Positions 1 to 13,800 of a stretch of 64,000 bases of DNA are shown here, piece by piece. Every line of letters begins with the position of its first letter. Within the stretch, counting starts at the first letter, position 1. The stretch spans positions 58,590,001-58,654,000 of the forward strand of contig JANJGN010000013.1 of assembly GCA_026770705.1 (NCBI GenBank). The letters run 5' to 3'. This DNA is from Isurus oxyrinchus. Taxonomy: Eukaryota. The notes below the pieces were generated by a model. It saw nothing but the letters and a program-made list of their open reading frames with translations. It searched no databases and had not been told where the DNA came from. The translations under genes were made by a program, and so were the position numbers.

Positions 1-1466
1 ACCCCTGCGAAGTCACTCCCCAGGACATCCCAGAACACCCTGAAGAACTCCATGGTCAGCCCATCCAGCCCCGGGGATTTGCCCCTGGAGAGGCTGTCGA
101 GGGGACTGGTCAGCTCCCCCAGACTTTTAGGGGTGTCAGGCTTCCCGACACCCTCCGGGCTGACCTGCGGCAGGTCCTTGCACAAAACTCTGCGAGAATC
201 CTCGCTGGACGGATCCAAAGATAACAGGACAGTGTAATAGTCTCGGGTAATGGCCCTGATGCCCTCCGGATCTGAGACAAGGAATCCGTCGTCGGCCAGC
301 AGCTTAAGGAGCTACTGACGGACCCCGTGCCTTTTTTCCAGCGAGTAGAAGGGGGAGCCATGGTCCAGGTCCTGGAGGAACCGGATCCACGACCTCACAA
401 ACGTGCCCCGGAAACCGACGAGTTGCAGGTGCCGCAGCGCGCCCTTCTTCTCATCGTACACCGACCGCAGGGCTGGGTCCACGTCGGTCTGACAGAGGTG
501 TGCCTCCAGGTCGAGCACCTCCTCCTCCAACTCCTTGACCCTGGATTTCTGCCTCTTTGTCGACCCCCTCGGGTACTCCTGACAGAAAACGCGGACCTGA
601 GTCTTGCCCACGTCCCACCATAGCCTCAAGGAGGGGAAACCTCATTGCTTCCTTCTCCAGCCGGCCCAGAAATGACGAAACGAGTTCAGGAACCGCTCGC
701 CTCCAGAAGCAGGTTGTTAAAGGGCCAGTACGCAGACCCCGTCTGAGCGCAGAACGGAGCAAGCTCTGCTCACACCAGACGGTGGTCTGTGCACGGCACC
801 CACCGCACAGAAGCCGACGGAATGCAGGACACGTATGCCCTGAAAACGTAAAGGTAGTCGAGTCTGGACACTCGAACTCCAGGCGACACAAAAATGAAAA
901 CGCTGGAGTCAGGATGGAGATTTCTCCAGATGTCCACCAAGTTGAAGACCCTGACCAGGTCCCGCAACTTACTCACACCCAGCGAGCGGCGCTGGGCACC
1001 GTGACGGTCCTGGGCCTCAACGATACAGCTGAAATCCACCCCCCGAGGACGATGTACTCGCCCGTGTCGATTGAGCCAAGATGAGTGGACACTTCCTCAA
1101 AGAAGGTCACTTGCTGCTGCGCGCCCAGGGGACTGTACACATACACAAAGTGAAGCACTGCGCCCCCCAGGCGCACAGTAAGGTGCAGCCACTGGCCTGG
1201 CACCAGCTCCTTGACCCCCAAGATCTCTGGCTGAAAATGCGGGGCCAACAAGATAGCCACCCCGCCAGAATTGGAGGCTAGGTGACTCATGCAGACCCCC
1301 CCGCTTGCCAGTCCAGGAGCCACATAGCATTGTCTCCCGGAACGGTATGGGTTTCCTGCAGGAAGCACAGCGCATTCTTCCCGTCCCAGAGGACCGAGAA
1401 GTTCTGGAACCTGCGCTGTGCATCCCTGCTGCCGTGGATGTTGAGGCTGGCTATGGTAGTTTTCAT
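1..1466 (-). pseudogene. Tx1 copy A ORF2, N-terminal part (APE endonuclease plus linker), frameshifted
   Basis: ATG at 1466. Fragments in several frames carry LQETH, SGGVAIL, YIVLGG-DF, SRLDY, TDH and WWDVGK. Confidence 0.85.
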
Positions 1467-1519
1467 TGTCAAAAGTATATGCAACCTTAACCTGAGATAA
1501 AAGGAGGGGACTTTTTTTT

Positions 1520-3525
1520 TTAAGCCTCCCTCTCCTTCAGGAACCCAGCAAGAAACATATGGACCCTCCGCTGGGCATTCCTATCCAACTCTGGGGCCTT
1601 GAGGGCCTAGGGAGTGGACCAGTACACCAGCGGAAAAGAATACAACTGGTCCATGGCCAACTGTACCCTGTCCCTGCGACCGCGATTACTCGCTAAAAAA
1701 ATCCTGGAGTTCCCGTGGGGGGATGAGGGAAGAGTCAGCGAAGGGCACTAGGGGATCTACCACCTCACCCGATAACAACTCCAAGTCATCCCCGGTGCTC
1801 GCCACCGAAACTCTGTCCTCCTCCAGGTTGTTACCTCCAGCTTCTGACCCCTCCCCCGTACTGAATATGGGGGCTGGTTCGGAGCTGCCAGTCAGCTCCA
1901 CCTCCAACTCGATCCCACCCCCAGGATCAAAGCCAGAGGGGTCCTTTCTGGTCTCCGCTGTGGGTTTTGGGTCAAAGGGCAGCGGCATCTCAGATACCTG
2001 CTCCCTCCAAGGCACTGGGTTGTCCGGCGAGCTGAGGAGAAGCTCCTGACCTAAGACAAGGACGCCTGGTGCTAAAGGTAGGGAGGGAGCAAGAAGGCTT
2101 TCTTCACCACCGCCACCCAAAGACCTGGTTGACAGTTTTAAAAACGGGGTGCTGCAGTTCCCCGATGGGCCAGATGAAATCTCAGGGGTGTTTAATGGGT
2201 CTGTGTGGGGCACCTCCTCAAGGGAGGCACCCTCAGCAACCCTCAACAGGCCCTGCTCAGGGGACTGCAGCAAGATGATGGGGGAAACAGTAGGGATGGG
2301 GGTTTGGGTTTCTCCCAGAGGACAGAGCGAGGAGTTACAGGGCGGAGACACCACCACTTCTTCGCCTGGGGAGGGGACACACAACGTCTTCAGCCGGGGT
2401 GTCCCCCTCCTCCGAGGGTATCGTCTCTTCTGGGTAGGCTGGGGAGACCTCCATTTGTGAGGCCCCCCTCCACCTTGTCCAGCCCTCCCGGACGTTCCAC
2501 CCTCTGGGGTTTGGGCTTGTCCATCCTCTTTAGCAGCACTACCAGCTCGGGGTCGCGAATCACACCCCTGCCGGCCCCAGGAACTTGCACGGTGACGGCG
2601 ACGGGCCCAGCACATGGCGCCAAGGTGCATATAGGCCCGGGAGCATGTGCGGAGCTGACACCAGAGCCGGATTTCTGTTATCTCCGAGCCGGTGCCTTCA
2701 GGGGTTTGGTGGTCCTGGGTGTCTTGGGGGTGCTGGGGAGTCTCGGGGGCCGCTCCCAGGTGGGTCTTCCTCTACGCCTTCTTACGGCGCAGGGGCTCTC
2801 CCTCCGCCTCAGCAGCAGCCGGGATGGCAGTGGTTGTCGGCGCCAACTCCCCTTGCGGGGAGGGAGATGGAGTGGTGGCAGGAGGAGGAGCGGCGGTGCC
2901 AGCCACCTCCGCCTGAGTGACAGTGGTGGCTTTGGAGGCAGGGCAGTTATCATGAATGTGCCCCACCTCTTTGCAGGCATGGCACTGCACGCCGTCCACC
3001 GACCAGGAGACGCAGTAGGCAGCCCCCTCAAAGGTTAGCTCAAACTGCCCCTCCGTGCACTCCTCCCGGGCCAGGCCAACAAAGACCTGGCGCCGGAAGG
3101 AGTACACGTGGCGGATGCCGTGCTCCCTGAGGCCGAGCAGGATCAGCACCACCCTGGACCTGACCTCCCCCAGTTGGTGAAGGTGGGGGAGGAGGAGCTC
3201 ACTAGGAATGAAGAGCAGGACATTGGATAAAATAAATCTCTCCGCGGTGGCCCCTTGGCACCGCCCGCTCAGACCTCAGGAAGAAAACTGTCTTCCCGTA
3301 CATGTGTGAGTCTGCAACAACGGCCGAGGGCTGACAACCCCGGCCAAAGCCTTTGTGCGTGCCTCTAGAGTTATCTCGGGGTGGTTGTAGCTCTTTACAC
3401 CCATAGCCCTGGTCAGGGGGCGGAACGGTGACGGGGCCACGGGAGCAGCAGAGGCCATGGGAGCGGCCACTCCCGCATGGGTCCTCTTAGCGGTCCCCGC
3501 CGCCAATGATAGCACCGCATTCACA
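1520..3525 (-). pseudogene. Tx1 copy A ORF1 (gag-like zinc-knuckle protein), disrupted
   Basis: Pieces at 2772-3152 (CCHC) and 1686-2630. The start-codon region present in copy B (about 9864-9955) is deleted at about 3527. Confidence 0.8.
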
Positions 3526-4319
3526 GTTTTATAATGGGATGACGGGGTGGAGGAAATAAATTCAGGATGACCCTCTCCCTCCTTATTGTGTAAAAAGGCA
3601 GAAGGGGAAGAAAAAGAGAGGGAAACAAATGTCAGGGAGGCACAGAAGGGGTGGCGGTAATGGATGCAGAGTGGGTTGGTGCCACTGGGTGGAGTGGAGC
3701 AGGTTGATGGGGGCCAACTGTTCTTCTCGTGGCGGGGGTGGTGATGTCTTTGCCAGGCAGCCGGTACTGCCCGGTACACGGAAGCAGGTCCTGTTCACCA
3801 GGAAGCACCCGCTGGGGTGGGTGGTGCAAGATATTAAACGGACAGACGCACGCACCCCTTCTTCCTGAGTCCCTTCAGTAGTCTTTTTCCTCCTCCTACA
3901 GAGCAATACAATCTTCAAAGCCCCCACCAAACAACAGTCCAGACACCCACCGTTGATGAAACGAGAAAGTCCTTTCCTCCTGGCCTCCCTGTCTTGCAGC
4001 ACCTCTTCCCTCTCCCTCTTGCCCTCTGCTCCAATTCTTCAGGCCTCAGGCCCCACAGCAACAGCAGCAGGAATATAGCCTCAGGAACAGCCGCAGGGGA
4101 ATCCCAGATCAGCCTCAGGAGCAGCTACAAGGTATTTGAATAGCAACAAAGCAGGAGCAAAACACACAGGAGCAACCAGAGCAGCCAGCAACAACCAACT
4201 CCCTCTTTTAAAGCCAACCTAATAAACTAAATTAACAAAACGCGGGGTAAAATTAAACGCAGCCCCTAAATTAGGGTCACTGTAAAACCAAAGACAAAAT
4301 TTAAAGGAAACTTACAACA

Positions 4320-7300
4320 TCAAACCAAAATGTGATTAAGGGGGTCGATAAAGAACCCCAGCCCCCATGCACGGAAGGTCTCGACGGTGCTAGCAGACAT
4401 TGCATGTTCCCTCTCCAGGGACACATGGCTGCAAACGTAGCCGCGGAAGAGGGCCAAACAGTCAGGTGGGACAACCCCCTCGATCGCCTGCTGCCTGGAT
4501 CTGTTAATGGCTAATTTGGTCAGGCCCAGGAGCAGGTTCATGAGGAGGTCCTCCTCCTTCCCAGCCACCCTCCGCACCGGGTATCCATAGATCAGGAGCA
4601 TGGGACTGAAGTGCAAACAAAACAGTAATAAAATGTTTTTTAAGTAACTGAAAAGGGAGTGCAGCCTACAACACCCTATATAAACACAGTCCATGAACTC
4701 CACAAGACCACAAAAAGGGCAGGTATCTTGGGAGTCCATGAGCTGACACATTCCATGATTGTAGGGGACTGCTGCATGCAACACCTTCCACCCCAGATCC
4801 CCGATGGAAAGCGGGAGGACACCTCCATAGAGGGCCTCCAAATGGGGACCTCTGCCACCGGATGGCAACAAGGCACACCAGGGTGTGTCAGGGTGGCAGG
4901 CAAGGGCAAGGAAGTGAAGGGTGTGCAGCAGCAGCCCATATAGGAAACCCCTCTGCGCCGTGCTAAAGGGCATAGAGTGCATTTCCCTGAGGCAGCTCAT
5001 ATTGCGGGGCACCAGCTCGCGAGGGAGGGTTCGGGGCTTGGGGCCAATGTGGAATTCCATCCGAACAGGGAAACATTCAGTCGGAAGACCACTGCGCACC
5101 TGCGCCACCTCGAGATAGAAAATAATGTCAGGGCCGAGCACGACCATCCTAAGGTCTTGAATAGCATCGGCCTCGAGCCGGATGCACGACGCGCCAACTC
5201 CTGTAGAAGCATCCAGCCCAATCCTCCGATACCCAGCACGTCCCCAATTCTGGTCACCCCAGCAGCCACAGCCCTCCTCTCCGCCAGCCACTGAAAAGGA
5301 AGGAGGGGCGGATTCCTGAGCAGCGGCTTTCTGACGACAGCCGCTACTCCTGACGGGGAGAGCTGCATCGCAAGGCGACCATGTTCCAGACTTTGATCAG
5401 GTCCTGGTAAAAGATGGGCAACGCCTGCAAGGAGCCATGAAGGCCCCTCTGCTCTATAAACAGGAGCTGCATGTCATCATTCAGGCTGTGCACCTGACGG
5501 AAGAAATACGTCGCTAGAGCACACCATCTCGGAGGGGGCTCAACGTAAAGGTATCGCTGCAGGGCCTGAAGGTGGAAAGTTGCCACCTGGGTGCGTAGGC
5601 ACACCAACGCCTGACTGCCCTTCCTATGCAGGAGACTTGAACCTCAGCAGTGACCCAGTGCAGTCTTTTGTCCCAGGAGATGTCGACAAGCCTTCTCTGG
5701 ATTTTCATGACAAAGTCCGGGGGAGAGTCAAAGTGACCAGCCAGTACCACAACATGGCGACAATCAGCTGGTTTATGACCAGAACTCGACCCTGGTAAGA
5801 CAGTGCTCGGAGCAGTCCTGTCCAGCGCCACAGGCGAGCGGTGACTTTCGTCTCCAGTTCCTGCCAGTTCGCCGGCCAGGATTCCTCAGCAGGGCAGAGA
5901 TGCACCCCCAGGTAGAGGAGGCTGGTCCTGCTCCAGGTGAAAGGCCCGAGTTCCTCAGGTAGGGGATCCATCTGCCATGGACTGACCAGGAGTTCAGAAC
6001 GCTTATCCCAGTTGATCCTGGCAGAAGACACAGCAGAATAAACCTCCTGGCACTCGCACATCCTCTGCAAGTGAGCCGGGTCACTAAACATAAGGAGCAC
6101 GTCATCGGTGTAAGCCGAAAGGACCACCCCGATGCCCGGCCTGCGCAGGACCAATCCCGACAACCTCCTCTGCAAGAGATGCAGGAAAGGCTCCACACAA
6201 ATAGAATACAACTGGCCAGACAGGGGTCAAATCTGACGGACCCCTCTCTCAAAGCAAAGGGGCGCCATCAGGGACACGTTAACTAGACACTCCGCGGCAG
6301 TGTACAGAAGTCAGATCCGGGCAACAAAATGCGTCCCGAACCCGCAAAGTTCCGAATAAATATTTGTGATCCACCCTGTTGAACGCCTTCTCCTGATCAA
6401 GAGACAGGAAGATGCCCAACAGACCAGCTCTCTGAGAATATTGAATAATGCCCCGGACCAGATGAATGTTATCATAAATGGTTCGGTCCGGGACAGTATA
6501 GAACTGGTCAGGGTGGATCATGTGGTCCAGCACGGGGCCAAGCCGAGAAGACATGGCCCTGGCAAAAATGTTATAATCCGTGCTGAGAAGGGAGACCGGG
6601 CGCCAGTATTTAAGAAGGCAGCAGGGCAATCACGGCCCTGCTCCACGAAAGGGGTATCTCCCCGCTTGCAATACTCTCCCCCAGACCCCCTACGAAGTTG
6701 CTCCCTGGGTGTCCCAGAACGTCCTGAAGAACTCCATGGTCAGTCTGTCCAGTCCCAGGGATTTGCCCCTGGAGAGGCTGTCGAGGGGGCTGGTCAGCTC
6801 CCCCAGACTTATAGGGGAGACAAGCTTTCCGGCGCCCTCTGGGCCGACCTGCGGCAGGTCTTCCCACAAAACTCTGCGAGCATCCTCGCTGGACGGATCC
6901 GGAGAGAACAGGGCAGTGTAATAATCTCGGGTGATGGCCCTGATACGCTTCGGATCCGAGACAAGGGATCCGTCATCGGCCAGGAGCGTAAGGAGCTGCT
7001 GACGGACCCCGTGACTTTTTTCTAGCGAGTGGAAGAAGGGGGAGCCTCGGTCCAGGTCTGCGAGGAACCGGATCTGCAACCTCATGAATGCGCTACAGAA
7101 CTCGACGAATTGCAGGTCCCGCAGCGCGCCCTTCTTCTCATCACACACCAGCCACCGGGCCGGGTCCGCATCAGGCTGACAGAGGCGTGCCTCCAGGTGG
7201 AGCACCTCCTCCTCCAACTCCTCGACCCTGGATTTCCACCTCTTTGCTGACCCCCTCGCGTAATCCTGACAGAAAACACGGACATGAGTTTTGCCCATGT

Positions 7301-8023
7301 CCCACCATCGCCTCAAGGAGCCCAGAAACGACGAAATGAGTCCAGGAACTGCTCATCCTCCAGCAGCAGGTTGTTAAAGGGCCAGTAAGCAGACCCCGTC
7401 CGAGCGCAGAATGGAGCAAGCTCCGCCCACACCAGATAGTGGTCCGTGCACGGCACCCACCGCACAGAAGCCGATGGAATACAGGACACGTACGCCCTGG
7501 AAATGTAAAGGTGGTTGAGTCTGGACACTCTGACTCCAGGTGACACAAAGGTGAAAATGCTGGAGTCAGGATGGAGATTTTGCCAGACATCCACCAAGTC
7601 GAAGGACCTGACTGTCGATGGTGCCAAGATGAGTGGACACTTCCTCAAAGAAGCTTGCTTGCTGCTACACGCCCAGGGGAGCGTACATATTCACAAAGTA
7701 AAGTGCTGCGCCCCCCAGGCGCACAGTGAGGTGCAGCCACCAGCCTGGCACTGGCTCCCTGACCCATCCCCGCACCCCAAGATCTCTGGCTGAAAATGTG
7801 GGGCCAACAAGGTAGCCACCCCGCCAGAATTGGAGGCTAGGTGACTCATGTCGACCCCACCTTGCCACTCCAGGAGCCACATAGCTTTGTCTTCTGGAAT
7901 GGTCTGGGTTTCCCGCAGGAAGCACAGTGCATACTTCCCGTCCCTGAGGACTGAGAAGTTCTGGAACCTGTGCTGTGCGTGCCTGCTGCAGTGGATGGTG
8001 AGGCTGGCTATGGTAGTCTTCAT
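4320..8023 (-). pseudogene. Tx1 copy B ORF2 (endonuclease, reverse transcriptase, C-terminal zinc finger), frameshifted with deletions
   Basis: MKTTIASL; WRPVSLLSTDY; SLDQEKAFNRVDH; SAYTDDV; YLGV; CPFCG. The GGDFN region is deleted near 7612. Confidence 0.88.
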
Positions 8024-8076
8024 TGTCAGAAGTATTTGCTCCCTTCGTCGGAATTAAAAGGAGAGGACTTTTTTTT

Positions 8077-9904
8077 TTAAGTCTTCCTCTCCTTCAGGGG
8101 CCCAGCGAGAAATGTATGGACCCTCCGCCGGGCGTTCCAGTCCAGCTTGGGGGCCTTTAGTGCCTCACGGGTGGACCAGAACACCAGAGGATATGAATGC
8201 CACCGATTCAAGGCCAGCTGGGCCCTGTCTTGGAGACCGCAATTGCTCGCCAGAAAATCCCAGAGTTCCCCAATGGGGATGAGGGGGGAATCAACAGTGG
8301 GCTCTGAAGCCTCTATCACCTCACCTGGCTCTAACAACTCTAGGTCATCGGTGGTGCTCGCTATCGACACCATATCCTCCTCCAGGTCGTCGCCTCTGGC
8401 TTCCGACCCCTCCCCCGCATTGAGTGCGGTGGTTGGTTTGGAGCTGCCAGCTGGTTCTGCCTCAGCCTCAATCCCACCCCAGGATCAAGGCCGGAGGGGT
8501 CTTCTCTGGTCTCCTTTTCAACATCTAGGTCAGAGGGTGGCAACGGCTCAGAGACCTGCCAGGCGAATCCAGAAAAAGCTCTGGGCCCAGAACAGTAGAA
8601 TCTGGTGCCAAAGGCTGAGATGGAGCGGGGAGGCCCTCCTCACCAACGTCAACCAATGACCCAATTGTTGGGGCCTTGATGGGAGTGCTGCAGTCCCCTG
8701 GTGAGCCAGGTGACACTTCGGGGTTACAAAGCGGATCTGGGCGGGGCCATGGTTGCAAGGGCGATACCCTCACTGACCCCCGAGGGGCCCTGCTCAGGAG
8801 ACTGCAGCAAGGGAACAGGGTTAACTCGAGCTTGGTTTTGGGCCTCGCCCAGTGGGCAGAGCAAGGACTTGCAGGATGGAGATGCCACCACCTCTTCACC
8901 AGGGAAGGAGACACATCCACCTGCACTCATTGGAATGTCCTCCCCTCTCAGGGGTGACGTCTCTTCCAGGGTAGGCTGGGCAGACCTCGATGCGGGAGGC
9001 CCCCACCACCTCGTCCAGCCCTCCCGGAAGCTCTGCCCTCTGGGGTTTGGGCAGGTTGACCCTTTTTAATAAGACAACTAGCTCGGGGTCATGCGCCCCA
9101 CCGCTGCCGGATCCCGAAACCCGCGCGGGTATGACGCCAGATCCAGCACATGGGCCTGGGAGAACGCGCAAAGAAATCGCCGGGGCCATATGATGACCTT
9201 CCCCCTAGCCGGTTTCTTCAGGGGTTTTTGGTTTAGGGGGATTTGAGTGGTCTCGGGGGCTGACCCTAGGTGGCGGGTCTTCCTCCGCGCCTTCTTACGG
9301 CACGGGGGCCCTCCTCCTGCCTCACCGGCAGCCAAGGTGGCAGTGGCTGCCGGCAGCACCTCCCCTTGCGGTGAGGGAGATGGAGTGGTGGCGGGAGGAG
9401 GAGCAGCGGTGCCAGTCACGGCCGCCTGAGTGACGGTGGTGGCTTTGGAGGCAGGGGAGTTATTACGAATGCACCCCACCTCCTTGCAGACATGGCACCG
9501 CATGCCGTCCGCCGACTAGGAGACGCGGTAGGCAGCCCCCTCAAAGGTTACCTCAAACTGCCCAAGAAGCCCCGCCTACGGTGAGCCCCTTGGCACCGCC
9601 CATTCAGACCTCAGGAAGAACACTGTCTTCCCGTACATGGGTGAGAATGCAACAATGGCCGAGGGCTGACAACCCCGGCCAAAGCCTTCACGTGTGCCTC
9701 TAGAGTTATCTCGGGGTGGATGTAGCTCTTTACCCCCACAGCCCTGGTCAGGGGGCGGAACGGTGACGGGGCCACAGGAGCAGCAGAAGCTACGGGAGCA
9801 GCCACTCCCGCATGGGTCTTCTTAGCGGTCCCCGCTGCCAATGATAGCACCGCATCCACAGTTGCCCCAGGGGGCCCGGTCCCCAGTGACCCTGTGGCAG
9901 CCAT
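8077..9904 (-). pseudogene. Tx1 copy B ORF1, disrupted
   Basis: ATG at 9904 (MAATGSLG), degenerate knuckle CHVCKEVGCIRNN, internal deletion near 9565-9585. Confidence 0.8.
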
Positions 9905-10812
9905 TGGGGGATGAGCCACCCCCACCCCGAGCTCTGCCGGTGTTAACAAGAACGTTTATAATGGGATGAGGGGGTGGAAGAAATAAATTCAGGATGACCC
10001 TCTCCCTCCTTATTGTGTAAAAAGGCAGAAGGGGAAGAAAAAGAGAGGGAAACAAATGTCAGGGAGGCACAGAAGGGGTGGCGGTAATGGGTGCCGGGTG
10101 GGTGGGTGCCACCGGGTGGAGTGGAGCAGGGTGATGGGGGCCTAACAGTTCTTCTTGTAGGGGGAGGGTGATGTCTTCACCAGGCAGCCGGTACTGCCTG
10201 GTACACGGAAGTCAGGTCCTGTTCACCAGGAAGCACCCGCTGGACTTGGCCCAGGGTGGGGCAAAAAGGGGGGTGGGTGGTGGAAGATATTAAATAGACA
10301 GACGCATGCACCCCTTCTTCCTGAGTCCCTTCAGTAGTCTTCTTCCTCCCTCTACTGAGCAATGCGATCTTCAAAGCCCCCACCTAACAACAGCCCAGAC
10401 ACCCACCGTAGATGAGAAGAGAAAGTCCTTTCCTCCTGGCCTCTCTGTCTTGCAGCACCTCCTCCCTCTCCCTCTCTGCTCCAATTCTTCAGGCCCCACA
10501 GCAGCAGGAATACAGCCTCAGGAACAGCCACAAGGGAATCCCAGATCAGCCTCAGGAGCAGCTACAAGATAATTGAACAGCAACAAAACAGGAGCAACGC
10601 ACACAGGAGCAGCCAGAGCAATCTGCAACACCCTATTCTCCACACTCCCAGCAGCAGCAGCAAACAAACTACAGCTGAGAGCAATTGTGGAGAATTAACT
10701 CTGAGTCAAACAATTAAACTAAATTTAACAAAATGAGGGATAAAATAAACTCAGCCCCTAAGTTATGTCAGCTGTAAAATCAAGGACAAAGTTTAAAGGA
10801 AACTTACAAACA

Positions 10813-13800
10813 TCAAATCAAAATGTGATTAAGGTGGTTGATAAAACACCCCGGACCCCGGTGACCACTGGGCACGGAAGGACTCGACGGTGCCAGCAGA
10901 CACCGCATGTTCCCTCTCCAGGGACACCCGGCCGCGAACGTAGCCGCGGAAGAGGGCCAGTCAGGAGGGACGATCCCCTCGATCGCCCGCTGCCTGGACC
11001 TGTTAATGGCCAACTTGGCCAAGCCCAGGAGCAGGTTCACAAGGAGGTCCTCCTCCTTCCTGGCCCCCCTCTGCACCGGGTATCCATAGATCATGATTGT
11101 GGGACTGAAGTGCAAACAAAACAGTATTAAAAGGTTTTTTAAGGAACTGAAAAGGGAGTGCAGCCTACAACACCCTATATAAACATGGACCACAGACTCC
11201 ACAAGACCACAAAAAGGGCAGGTATCCTGGGAGTCTGTGAACCTACGTATCCTATGATTATAGGGAATTGCTACATGCAACACCCTCCACCCCAGGTCCC
11301 CGATTGAAAGCAGGAGGACACCTCCGTAGAGGGCATCCCAATAGGGCCATCCGCCACCAGACGGTAACAAGGCACGCCAGGGTGTGTCCGGGTGTGGGCG
11401 AGGGCAAGGAAGTGAAGGGTGTGCAGCAGCAGTCTGTATAGAAAGCTCCTCCGCACCGTGCCAAGTGACACAGAGGGCATGATCCCGAGGCGGCTCATAT
11501 TGCAGGGCACCAACACCCATGGGAGGGTTCAGGGCTTGGGGCCAATGTGGAATTCCGTCCAAACGCTGGAACATTCAGACGGAAGACCACCACGCTCCTG
11601 CACCACCTCGAGACCCAGTAAGACGTCAGAGCCAAGCACGACTGTCCTTAGGTCTTGAATGGTATTGGCCGCGAGCCAGATGCGTGACTCGCCAACTCCT
11701 GTGGAAGCATCCAGCCCACTCCTCCGCCACCCAGCATGTCCCTGATCCTGGTCACCCTGGCAGCCACAACCATCCTCTCTACCAGCCACTGAAAAGAATG
11801 GAGGGGCGGATTCCTGAGCAGCGGCTCTCTGATGACAGCCGCTACTCCTGACGGGGGAGAGCTGTGTTGCGAGGCGACCATGTTCCAGACTTTGATCAGG
11901 TCCTGCTAAAAGACGGGCAACGCCTGCAAAGAGCCACTAAGGCCCCTCTGCTCTATAGACAGGAGCTGCACATCATAATTCAGGCCGTGCACTTGGCAGA
12001 AGAAATACGTCACCAGGGCATACCATCTCGGAGGGGGGTCAAGGTATCGCTGCAGGGCCTGAAGGCTGACCGTTGCCACATGGGTGCGAAGGCACATTAG
12101 CACCTGACCACCCTCCCTAAACGGGAGACTCAGAACCTCAGCAGCGACCCAGTGCAATCTTTTGCCCCAGAAGAAATCGACAAGCATTCTCCAGATTTTT
12201 GTGACCAAGTCTGGGAGAGAGGTCAAAGTGACCAGCCGATACCACAGCATGGTGGCAATCAGCTGGCTTATGACCAGAACTCGACCCTGGTAAGACAGCA
12301 CTCGGAGCAGTCCTGTCCAGCGCCGCAGGCGAGCGGTGACTTTCATCTCCAGTTCCTGCCAGTTCGCCGGCCAGGATTCCTCAACAAGGCAGAGATGGAC
12401 CCCCAGGTAGAGGAGGCTGTTCTTGCTCCAGGTGAAAGGCCTGAGCTCCTCGGGTAAGGGATCCATCTGCTACAGGCTGACCGGGAGTCCAGAACATTTA
12501 CCCCAGTTGATCCTGGCAGAAGACGCGGAAGAGTAGACCTCCTGGCACTCGTGCATCCTCCGCAGGTCAGCCAGGTCACTAAACATAAGGAGCACGTCAT
12601 CGGCATAAACCGAAAGGACCACCCCGATGCCCAGCCCGTGCAGAACCAAACCCGACAACCTCCTCCACAAGAGACGCAGGAAAGGCTCCACACAAATAGA
12701 ATACAACTGGCCAGACAGGGGGCAGCCCTGATTTACCCCTCTCCCAAAGCGAAGCGGTGCCGTCAGGGACCGGTTAACCTTAACTAGACACTCTGCGGCA
12801 GTGTACAGAAGTTGGATCAGGGCAACAAAATGCATCCCAAACCCGAAGGCTCGCAGAGTTCTGAATAAATATTTGTTATACACCCTGTTGAATGCCTTCT
12901 CCTGATCAAGGGACAGGAAGGTGCCCGACAGACCAGCCCTCTGGGAATAATGGATAATTTCCCAGACCAGATGGATGTTATCAAAAATTGTGCGGCCTGG
13001 GAGAGTATAGGACTGGTCAGGGTGGATCATGTGGTCCAGCACGGTGCTGAGCCAAGAAGACATGGCTCTGGCAAAAATGTTATAATCCGTGCTGAGGAGG
13101 GAGACCAGGCACCAGTTTTTAAGAAGGTGGAGATCTCCCCACTTAGGCAGTAGGGCTATCAAGGCCCTGCTCCACGAAAGGGGCATCTCCCCGATTGCGA
13201 TACTCTCCCCCAGGACTCCCGTGAAGTCACTCCCCAGGACATCCCAGAACACCCTGAAAAACTCCATGGTCAGCCCATCCAGCCCCGGGGATTTGCCCCT
13301 GGAGAGGCTGTCGAGGGGGCTGGTCAGCTCCCCCAGGCTTAGAGGGGAGTCAAGCCTTCCGGTGCCCTCTGGGCCGACTTGCGGCAGGTCCTCCCTCAAA
13401 ACTCTGCGAGCTTCCTTGTTGGACGGATCCGGAGAGAACAGGGCAGTGTAATAGTCTCGGGTAATGGCCCTGATGCCCTCCGGATCTGAGACAAGGGATC
13501 CGTCATTGGCCAGCAGCGTAATGAGCTGCTGATGGACCCCGTGCCTTTTTTCCAGTGAGTAGAAGAAGGGGGAGCCGTGGTCCAGGTCCTGCAGGAACCA
13601 GATCAGCGACCTCACAAACGCGCTCCGGGAGCCGACGAGTTGCAGGTCCCGCAGCGCAGTCTTCTCATCGTACACCGAGCACAGGGCTGGGTCCACGTCG
13701 GTCTGACAGAGGCGTGCCTCCAGGTCGAGCACCTCCTTCTCCAACTCCTCGACCCTGGATTTCCGCCTCTTTGTCGACCCCCTTGGGTACTCCTGACAGA

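Larger units (their letters stand above)
1..4202 (-). mobile_element. Tx1-clade non-LTR retrotransposon, copy A (decayed, runs off the left edge)
   Basis: 5' UTR about 4202-3530, ORF1 remnant with CCHC knuckle (CHACKEVGHIHDNC), ORF2 start MKTTIASLNIHG...LCFLQETH (APE endonuclease). Collinear with copies B and C. Confidence 0.9.
4203..10697 (-). mobile_element. Tx1-clade non-LTR retrotransposon, copy B (near full length, decayed)
   Basis: 5' UTR, ORF1 9904-8077, ORF2 8023-4320, short T-rich 3' UTR ending AAAAAGAG (sense) at 4203. Confidence 0.9.
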
